Shown here: positions 25,951 to 33,432 of the stretch, piece after piece
How positions within the stretch are numbered: position 1 is the first letter of the stretch
Layout: each line of letters begins with the position of its first letter
From: a virus
IMG/VR virus record: IMGVR_UViG_3300045988_181613
Length of the DNA stretch: 64,000 nt
Strand: one strand, 5' to 3'
Made by a program: the position numbers and the translations under genes
Notes under the pieces: generated by a model
The model's input: only the letters and a program-made list of their open reading frames with translations
Databases searched by the model: none
What the model was told of the DNA's origin: nothing

Positions 25951-26183
25951 TAATAAGTCATTTTAAAGCGTTTATCTGCTCTTTCTTTTGAAATACCATA
26001 ACTCTTACAGTATTCTTTTTTCTTCTTTTGTAACAACGGAAAACTACCTTTAGCAAAGATTTTTCCATCTAATAAGAGTGTGCCGATCTTTTCTCCTCGA
26101 ATATTAGGATTTATCTTTTTAGGAGTGATCGGTTCAGGCCAACCATTTTTATTCCAAACAAATTTTTTCAATTGTTCTTCCAT
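25950..26183 (-). CDS. Hypothetical protein
   Basis: 77-aa ORF; box 26200..26207 is 17 nt upstream. Confidence 0.5.
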   Translation of the reverse strand: MEEQLKKFVWNKNGWPEPITPKKINPNIRGEKIGTLLLDGKIFAKGSFPLLQKKKKEYCKSYGISKERADKRFKMTY

Positions 26184-26199
26184 GCTTTTTAATTATGTA

Positions 26200-26207
26200 T
26201 AAAGATA
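26200..26207 (-). promoter_or_regulatory. TATCTTTA promoter box
   Basis: 17 nt upstream of ATG 26183. Confidence 0.5.
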
Positions 26208-26245
26208 AGAATAAGTCTTTAACTATTGTGCAATTAGGGTATCTT

Positions 26246-27173
26246 TTAGTCGATTTTTAAAGCCCTTTTAATTTCAAAATACAATATTTGATAATTTGGA
26301 GGAATTTTTGAAGATTTCTTTAAATTATCTTTAGCCCATAAGGGCTGGAGGTTTCTATAGTTGAAACAAATCCTTTGATTTTCCTCAATGGAAAGATCAA
26401 AATATTTACAAGGAATGATATGGTCCAAATGCCAACCATCTTTTCCTTGATTTTCCCAAGTCATTCCTTCTTGGAACTGAGATTCGATGTGAAGTCTAAA
26501 TTCTTCAATGGAACAACCAAGAAGGTCAAGGGTGTGAACGGATTTTTTAGCTCCTACTCTTTTTAAAGAAAACCAAAGGCGATTATACAAATGTTCCTTT
26601 ATTTTAAAAGAAGGATCTTCCTTTCTTTTCTTTTTGTAATATTCAACAACCTTACCTTCTTCCTGTCTTTTTTTATGACTAATTTTCGTAACTAACTTTC
26701 CTTTTTCCGTTTTATTGTATTCCCTGTGAGATTTATTACTGATTTCTTTTCTTTTTTCTGCCCCCTGCCTCCCTTTTTCAGAAGACAAGTAATTGTTTCG
26801 AATTTCTTTATATCTTTCAGAAGCTCCGTAGGCTTTTCTTTGATTTATTTCTCTTTCAGACTTAATACGAGAACGTGCTCTTTCCTTTATACAGGATTTA
26901 CAATAGCATAAGTGTCCGTCAGCGCGGCCTGTAGATTTATAAAACTCTTCTATTGGTAAATCCTTACCGCAGGAAGGGCATATTTTATGAGATCTATTCA
27001 CATCAATAAAATGCAAAGCCCTTTGCTTTTTAGTTTTTTTTGCAGAAACACATTCTTTACAATAACAATCAACCCCTAAAAATCTATTTTTTTGATTTAT
27101 GAAACTTATCTAAAGAAAGACTTCGCTTGCACATAGGGCATAATTTAACCAGTTGTTCTTTATTTTCTCCCAT
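26246..27173 (-). mobile_element. Zn-ribbon + HNH homing-endonuclease-like gene (family member 1), frame broken at an A7 run
   Basis: ATG 27173: MGENKEQLVKLCPMCKRSLSLDKFHKSKK, stop. The next frame continues NRFLGVDCYCKECVS...ALHFIDVN into track ORF 26246..27016 (TTG start). Break at A-run 27087..27093. C-terminal WHLDHIIP...NLQPLWAKDNLKK. Confidence 0.65.
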
Positions 27174-27189
27174 ATCTATTAAATTTTGA

Positions 27190-27197
27190 TAAAGATA
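27190..27197 (-). promoter_or_regulatory. TATCTTTA promoter box
   Basis: 17 nt upstream of ATG 27173, the upstream-frame start of HNH family member 1; supports that start. Confidence 0.5.
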
Positions 27198-27251
27198 CGC
27201 AGGAAATGAAAAAGTAACAACTGGTTAAAGACTTTTTGGTTAAGATTAAGA

Positions 27252-29570
27252 TTATATAAGACAGGCGCCACCACTGCAAGCTGTTCCTATTTGACTACCG
27301 GCTTCCTTAAATTCTTGCTCCCATTCAACGGAAGTCCAATCAATAGATTCTTGCTTCTTAATTTTATGCCATTGATGGAAAATATTTACATGCTTTAAAC
27401 AATTAGCACATTTATATTCATCACCATCAAAATAATTAGCAGCGAATTTTTTGAAACGTCGAACCCAATCGATTCTTAAATGTACTTTATGCTGTAAATG
27501 AGAGGAAATTGCATTTACATCCGAGACACAAAGACCATCAATTTCAACAAGAAGTTTACCATTATCGAGATGTTTCTTAATGTAAGAAAGCAAATATTCA
27601 TCGGAATACTTCAATAAATCATCTGCTTTGCCAAGAGCTGCATTACAAGCTGTCCAGATATCATTGAATACATTCAATCCATCAACAATCAGTCCTGAAG
27701 AAAGAATAGCTCCTGAACCATATGTTTCTGCCAATTCTTTTTCATTGAGATAAGAAGTATAAGGTGCTTGAGGATAATCAAGATCTCCTCTTTCTGGTAA
27801 GAAAGAAAGTCCGCAAAAACCTTCTCGATGTGACCAAATCCATTCAGCGACCTTTTCCCATTCATCATCTCTAACGGAAACTGTGCAGCTTACATTCATT
27901 CGAATATCAGGCCACATCTTTGTAGATGGATGATCCCAATTAGTTCCATCTTCAATCCAATTCATCTTTGTCGAATAGATTCTCTTCAGAAAATCAATTG
28001 TAGAAAAATCGGTACGAACCATTGTATCTTCATCTAATTCAATAGGAAATGATACAACGCTTTCTCTCTCTGGATTCCAGAATGATTTTGATACAATTTC
28101 AGGATATACTTTTTCAATCTCATGAAGTGCCTGTTCATTATTGCTTGCCTGAATGTTGCGGATATACTTTCTAAAATGATAAGCATGAATACCGCTTCCG
28201 CAACCAAGTAATTGAGAAGCATTTCCTGAAGGCTTGATTACCGTTGTTCTTGCTGCTGGATTAATACCGATTATCTCAGCTACCAGTTTATTCGTGCTCT
28301 TTATTATCTCAGCACCATTTCTTTGAATTTGCTCATTAAACAAAATAGTCGGATTATCAGCCATTCCAGTAATTCCGACTCCAATTAAAGCATCTCTTTC
28401 CGCAATTTTCTTTGAAGCCTCTGAAAGTACTGGGAAATCAGTGTAAGCAGCTTGTAATGTACCTAAAATAGCAGCGGCTTCACAAGCCTTATAAAATTCC
28501 TCTTCTGTTCTAATCTTGGCACCATTGATTTCACATAAGTTACAAAAACCGAAACCATATTGTCTTCTACCAAAATCATCCTGAACATAAGGAATCATGG
28601 AAACTTCAGCACATGGATTAAGTACTTGATCTGGATGCGATAAGAAAATAATTCCAGGTTCACCATAATTTTGAATATACTGAATTAGATTCAGATATTT
28701 TTCTTTTGGAGTATCTTCAAAAATCACCGCTGAATTATTACAACGACACAATTCTTGATGAGTAATAAACCAATCACCTGTTTTACAAGAGAGCATTTCA
28801 TTATCATCGATATCAAATAGGGAGATCATTGCACTCCTTCTGATTCCTCCACTTATTACGGCATTTGCAATAACACAAGTAATGTAATGTAGCTCAAAAG
28901 GTCTTAATTGACGCATTTGTACCTTATCAAAAATCTTTCTGATTTTATCGTGACAAATCTTCAGTGGTTCATGACCTGGCGCTTTGAAACCACCTGAAAT
29001 AAATGCACCTGAAGGGCGGATCTGAGAATAATCAAATTCAATTTGCGGAAGATGATAATAATAATGTTCAATCAACATTCCAACAGATCTCGCCCAACCT
29101 TCAATAGAATCTGGAATGATAAAAGTTTCTCTTCTTGATTTATCTATTCCTAATAAAATAGGAAGTTGATTCGTATGCTGCTTTTGGACGGAATAACCCA
29201 CTCCAGCTCCAGCAAGTAATGCTTCCATACATTCTTCGAAAAACTCAACCCTATTCAAATAACTCGACATACAGTTGTATAATCGTAGATGGTTTTTAAG
29301 TAGTTGAGGGCCTCCATATTGAAGAGCTCTTTGACTTCCAAGAATCAATTTATCGTTATAAGCACCCCACGCTTTTTGGAATACTTCTTGGAAAGCATCT
29401 TTCTTTTTATCAAGTATTTTCCCTTCAAAGTATTGCCAATGCATTGCCATTACACGTGAAACTGATTCATTCCAAGTTTCTTTTTTACCATCTGATTTTA
29501 CTCGACTGTATTTCGAATAAAAAACATAGTCGGAGATTATATTCCGACTGTCAACATGTTCATTCTCCAT
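27252..29570 (-). CDS. nrdJ: Adenosylcobalamin-dependent ribonucleoside-triphosphate reductase (class II, monomeric type)
   Basis: 772 aa; active-site loop VLNPCAEVS; C-terminal redox pair GTACSGGACLI as in the Lactobacillus leichmannii-type enzyme. Confidence 0.8.
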   Translation of the reverse strand: MENEHVDSRNIISDYVFYSKYSRVKSDGKKETWNESVSRVMAMHWQYFEGKILDKKKDAFQEVFQKAWGAYNDKLILGSQRALQYGGPQLLKNHLRLYNCMSSYLNRVEFFEECMEALLAGAGVGYSVQKQHTNQLPILLGIDKSRRETFIIPDSIEGWARSVGMLIEHYYYHLPQIEFDYSQIRPSGAFISGGFKAPGHEPLKICHDKIRKIFDKVQMRQLRPFELHYITCVIANAVISGGIRRSAMISLFDIDDNEMLSCKTGDWFITHQELCRCNNSAVIFEDTPKEKYLNLIQYIQNYGEPGIIFLSHPDQVLNPCAEVSMIPYVQDDFGRRQYGFGFCNLCEINGAKIRTEEEFYKACEAAAILGTLQAAYTDFPVLSEASKKIAERDALIGVGITGMADNPTILFNEQIQRNGAEIIKSTNKLVAEIIGINPAARTTVIKPSGNASQLLGCGSGIHAYHFRKYIRNIQASNNEQALHEIEKVYPEIVSKSFWNPERESVVSFPIELDEDTMVRTDFSTIDFLKRIYSTKMNWIEDGTNWDHPSTKMWPDIRMNVSCTVSVRDDEWEKVAEWIWSHREGFCGLSFLPERGDLDYPQAPYTSYLNEKELAETYGSGAILSSGLIVDGLNVFNDIWTACNAALGKADDLLKYSDEYLLSYIKKHLDNGKLLVEIDGLCVSDVNAISSHLQHKVHLRIDWVRRFKKFAANYFDGDEYKCANCLKHVNIFHQWHKIKKQESIDWTSVEWEQEFKEAGSQIGTACSGGACLI

Positions 29571-29958
29571 TTTTAAGAGATTTTTTATTACGAATTTCTG
29601 GTACTATGAAACAAACAGGTATCCCGGGATACTGTCCAAATAACGCGATATGACCACTTTTCTCTACGTTATTATTCTTCTTTTTCATTTCATTTAATAT
29701 ACCGGTAAATATACTCTTTTCAACAGTTACTACAAACGGTTTGGGTTTGTAATTTTTATCCTTTTCAAGTTTTATACGCTGAATTTGAAGATGTGTTATC
29801 AAAGCTTCTTCAAACGGAATAATATCTCTTAAAATAGGTATTTTATTTGCGTTTAGAAGAGTTGCTTGCATCTGCTTTGAGACTTCATTATATAAACGTT
29901 GTTTCTCATTTAAAACAGGTATATACAACTTAGCTCTTCTTAATTTGATCGTGCTCAT
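29560..29958 (-). CDS. Hypothetical protein
   Basis: 132-aa ORF. Confidence 0.5.
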   Translation of the reverse strand: MSTIKLRRAKLYIPVLNEKQRLYNEVSKQMQATLLNANKIPILRDIIPFEEALITHLQIQRIKLEKDKNYKPKPFVVTVEKSIFTGILNEMKKKNNNVEKSGHIALFGQYPGIPVCFIVPEIRNKKSLKNGE

Positions 29959-30057
29959 TTTTTATATAATTTTTACATTTGCAATATTTCATTTTTTGCA
30001 TGACAAAAGCCATCATAAACACATGAATAACACAAAGCTATTCTTCCATCTTTATTT

Positions 30058-30273
30058 TCATAAAACATCACAGAATTTTTGTCCTTTATCTTCATTTAAC
30101 CATTTTGCATTATCAGGCATTAATTCTTTGAAACATTCAGGAACATCACCCTGGTGCCACCAGTTATTAGAAGTAATAACTTCACCGTTATTTTTAATTG
30201 CTGTCATCACTCGGCCGCCACAACCAACAAAATTCATAGAGCGATTAAATCCAGAGGCTACTGGACCTGCCAC
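30058..30273 (-). CDS. Hypothetical protein
   Basis: 71-aa ORF with GTG start; a 31-codon ORF (MFYENKDGRIALCYSCVYDGFCHAKNEILQM) overlaps its end in another frame. Confidence 0.35.
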   Translation of the reverse strand: MAGPVASGFNRSMNFVGCGGRVMTAIKNNGEVITSNNWWHQGDVPECFKELMPDNAKWLNEDKGQKFCDVL

Positions 30274-30292
30274 CCAAGATTCTCCTTCTATT

Positions 30293-32683
30293 CTAAATTG
30301 TACAATACACGAGTTCGTGACGAGCTCTTGTTACCGCTACAAATCTCAAACATTTTTCTGAATATAATGCTTTTTCCGATGTAGCCTTCGGTGATGGGAT
30401 TAAATTTTGATTTAAAAAGAATACCCTGTCAGCTTCCAAACCCTTACTTTTATGAATAGTAGAAAGAACGATCCCTTCTGTTTCATCTACAAAAATTTCA
30501 CTGATCCTATTTCTAAGTTCAAAAATACTTGGCCATCGTTTGAACAGCAAACGAAGAATCATACATTTCTCTTCTAAAAGAGCATAACTGGGGTGATTGA
30601 TAGCAACAGCCTCTGGAATTCCTTTTTCCATCAAAGATTTTTTCTTTTCTAATAAAAGAACATCTAAGTCTTTGATTTCATTGATTTTATCCAGAATTAA
30701 TAATAAATTTTCACCAAAATCTTTTCCCTTTATTGTAGCTTTCTTTTTTAACTCTAAAAATATGATAAATGCTGCAACCAGTGGAATGTTATTACGACAA
30801 AGAACAAAATCGCCTTCTTGCGCTTCTTTCAACTCTCCATTTCTTACAACACCTTCTTGCGCAAAAGGTGAAGCTTCTATTTTATCTGCAAAGGTCTTCT
30901 TAGCTTCCGCAACGATAGCCTTATCACAACGATAGGAGATACTCAAAGGTAAAGTAATAGTATTTTCCATTCTTTTATAAGATTCAAATATTTCCACTGT
31001 ACTTCCCATAAAAGAATAAATACAATTATGCGTTAAAATACCATCAGCCACATAATTTTGATTCCATCCAACTTCTAAAGAAAAGACTTTTCCTTTATAA
31101 GAAATTTTCTCCCAATTTTCAATATCTTTATAAATAGGCTTCGCCCTTGAACATTGAGAAGCTTTGTTATAATTAAAACCATCATAAATTATTACCTGCA
31201 TTAATTCTGGAAATATATTACAAGCATATGTATTAAACATATAAGAAATACCCGTTTTCCAACGTGAATCTTCTTTTTCTTTTTTAAGAAAAGGACATTC
31301 TATTTTTCTATCAAATACCTTTAATAGATTTATTGCATTTTGTTTTAATTCCCCATTAAATCTATTAAAAAAAGTGTTAAGCCCCTCTTGACCAAACATA
31401 ACATCTTTCTCTTTTCTGCAATTAAAAATAGTTTGAGGGATTCCAAATTTATATGAATAATATAATTCATCTAACCTGGCTTGTGATTTATCATCATACA
31501 AATTTAAAAGCCAAAGTCTATCTGCCTCTTCGCAATAAAATCGAAATAAAAGTCCTCCAGATCTTTTTGCACCTGTTACATAAGGAGTAATTCCTATCCG
31601 AAACCAATCTCCTTTTTGCATTAAATAAAGAGCAAATTTATTTTTTATAGAAGGTTTCCATCGCACATAACATATATGCTCCGGTGTATATTTAGAAGTA
31701 AAATCACCTGTTGTTACTTTATAAAGAATATCATCATATTCTCTCTGGGCAATTTTTAAAATTTTACTTTTAGAATTTTCACACAATTTTTTATATTGCT
31801 GTAATGATTTTTTCTTAATACGTTCATAATTTCCGACAAAACAATTATCATGCCGATATTCATAAGAAACAACACTTTCTCCAATTTGAACGTCTTCAAT
31901 GTTTTTTTTGGTTCCATCTGACATTAAAATCTTAGTACCTTCAGGTTGACATTGATAAGGATCTCCTACTGTAATAAATCGACCTCCTGGTTTAATATAA
32001 TTCAAGATCATTTCCCTTTGCAAAATATTAGAATCTTGTGCTTCATCTGTAAACACGACCCCATACTTAGGAAAATTCTCAGAGGGTATCATCATATAAG
32101 GAATCCAAAGCATATCGGTAAAATCCATAATAAATTCACTGACTATAGAAATCTTCTTTAATTGTTTTCTCCATTCTGCTTCAATCAAAGTTATGTCCTC
32201 AATCATTCTCTCTCGAAATTCTATATCTTTTTCCCAACAAATAGGAGGTATATCGTTTCGATAATCAATCGAAAGCATTTGCCGTAAAAAATTCCAAATT
32301 ACTTGGAGTTCGAATAAATATTTAGCTTGCTTTTTACTTCCCCCCTCTATGTCGTCCAAATCTAAAACTTTCTTTCCAATTTGAAAACATTTATTCTCTG
32401 AAATCTTAAACCTTACTCGGACATTTTGTAAAAGAGTTTTTAATCCTTTACTATGAAACGTTGCCACTTCAACTTGTTCGGGAACTTTAGTTTTCAATTC
32501 TTCTGCTATACTTTTATTGAAAGCCATGAATAAAACTCTTTTTCCCGGTGAAGTTCTTTTATTTAATTCCAGTAAAGTACTACTTTTGCCAGCGCCTGCT
32601 GTTGCTTCTACAACTATATTTTTTCTGGTATTTTCATACGCATCAAAAATTGCAAGCTGATATTTACTCCATTCTTTTCCCAT
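30293..32683 (-). CDS. UvrD/PcrA-type SF1 helicase containing an intein
   Basis: Walker A ATAGAGKS; FTDEAQD; motif III split as VGDPYQ / CIYSFMGS; TIHKSKGLEADRVF; FVAVTRARHEL. Confidence 0.9.
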   Translation of the reverse strand: MGKEWSKYQLAIFDAYENTRKNIVVEATAGAGKSSTLLELNKRTSPGKRVLFMAFNKSIAEELKTKVPEQVEVATFHSKGLKTLLQNVRVRFKISENKCFQIGKKVLDLDDIEGGSKKQAKYLFELQVIWNFLRQMLSIDYRNDIPPICWEKDIEFRERMIEDITLIEAEWRKQLKKISIVSEFIMDFTDMLWIPYMMIPSENFPKYGVVFTDEAQDSNILQREMILNYIKPGGRFITVGDPYQCQPEGTKILMSDGTKKNIEDVQIGESVVSYEYRHDNCFVGNYERIKKKSLQQYKKLCENSKSKILKIAQREYDDILYKVTTGDFTSKYTPEHICYVRWKPSIKNKFALYLMQKGDWFRIGITPYVTGAKRSGGLLFRFYCEEADRLWLLNLYDDKSQARLDELYYSYKFGIPQTIFNCRKEKDVMFGQEGLNTFFNRFNGELKQNAINLLKVFDRKIECPFLKKEKEDSRWKTGISYMFNTYACNIFPELMQVIIYDGFNYNKASQCSRAKPIYKDIENWEKISYKGKVFSLEVGWNQNYVADGILTHNCIYSFMGSTVEIFESYKRMENTITLPLSISYRCDKAIVAEAKKTFADKIEASPFAQEGVVRNGELKEAQEGDFVLCRNNIPLVAAFIIFLELKKKATIKGKDFGENLLLILDKINEIKDLDVLLLEKKKSLMEKGIPEAVAINHPSYALLEEKCMILRLLFKRWPSIFELRNRISEIFVDETEGIVLSTIHKSKGLEADRVFFLNQNLIPSPKATSEKALYSEKCLRFVAVTRARHELVYCTI
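31025..31951 (-). mobile_element. Intein (309 aa, class 1) in UvrD helicase motif III
   Basis: Cys1 at 31951..31949 (CQPEGTKILMSDGTKKNIEDVQIG); block B YTPEHICYV; ends VADGILTHN (Asn codon 31027..31025) followed by Cys+1. Central ~170 aa has no LAGLIDADG or HNH motif. Confidence 0.85.
31878..31915. repeat. 38-nt stretch identical to 52673..52710 (intein block A region)
   Basis: TCTCCAATTTGAACGTCTTCAATGTTTTTTTTGGTTCC in both; encodes GTKKNIEDVQIG(E/D) of the UvrD and DnaE inteins. Confidence 0.9.
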
Positions 32684-32701
32684 TATGTTTCTAAAATTAT
32701 C

Positions 32702-33397
32702 TTAGTTTTCCAATTCTATATCTAATTTACCAGTATCATATAAATCCATAAGCCAACCAAAATTATTATTTTTACAAACCTCTCTTAATTCAGATATATC
32801 TCTCTGCCTGCATGGACCAATATGATGAGTAAATTCATTTTCATTACCAAAATCACAATCTTCTCTTTCGACAATAATAACATCCGAATTTTCATGATAG
32901 AAGTAAGCTAAATTATTTACCAAATCAATTTCATATTCTTTGAATTGTTTATAACTTGCCAGTTGATCTGCTATAAAATTACCTCGTGTGAGTGGATTCT
33001 CATAATCCTTTTGATGACCTGGAATCCACTTCAATTTCAACCTCATTAATCGATGTTTTTGTATTTCCTTGAAAATAGCATCCAATAAATCAAAATTTTC
33101 AAATTGAAATTCCAATAAATTGTTTTTCCAATCAAAAATTTTTTCTTGAATCATTTTTACTGAATACTCGGAATCACTATAAAGATAAACAGTTACAACT
33201 TGATCTACTTTAACAGCTCTCAATGCATATAAGATAGCCCTTAATTCCATCCGGCTTATTGTCGTATTTTTATATCCTTTCTGAATGGTAAATTCTTTGT
33301 CTTCCCATTGGATATAAACGCCAAAGCCACCTCTTTTTTCAGGATCTTTGGCATAACAAGAACCATCTGTAAATATTGTTATCTCTTTCTTTTTCAT
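32702..33397 (-). CDS. rnhA: Ribonuclease HI
   Basis: FTDGSC...GGFGVY...TISRMELRAILYAL...YSDSEY...IPGHQ...GNFIADQLA: canonical D-E-D-H-D RNase H1 order. Confidence 0.85.
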   Translation of the reverse strand: MKKKEITIFTDGSCYAKDPEKRGGFGVYIQWEDKEFTIQKGYKNTTISRMELRAILYALRAVKVDQVVTVYLYSDSEYSVKMIQEKIFDWKNNLLEFQFENFDLLDAIFKEIQKHRLMRLKLKWIPGHQKDYENPLTRGNFIADQLASYKQFKEYEIDLVNNLAYFYHENSDVIIVEREDCDFGNENEFTHHIGPCRQRDISELREVCKNNNFGWLMDLYDTGKLDIELEN

Positions 33398-33432
33398 ATA
33401 TAAATATACAAAGATTAATTCAATAATCCGAT

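Noticed and set aside
28034-28222. Nested minus-strand ORFs in alternative frames (also 15630..15839, 35910..36110, 37615..37866, 42424..42654, 46360..46578, 46621..46842, 63686..63913)
   Set aside because: Each lies wholly inside a longer gene with clear motifs (RNR, SNF2, ThyX-like, Rad50, SSB-like, HNH). None has an independent signal.
33401-33408. TATATTTA box 4 nt from the rnhA start codon, and the canonical TAAGTTTG box at 4449..4456, 7 nt from the holin start codon
   Set aside because: They are too close to the start codons to leave a normal leader. They could only work with leaderless mRNAs, so I did not list them as promoters.
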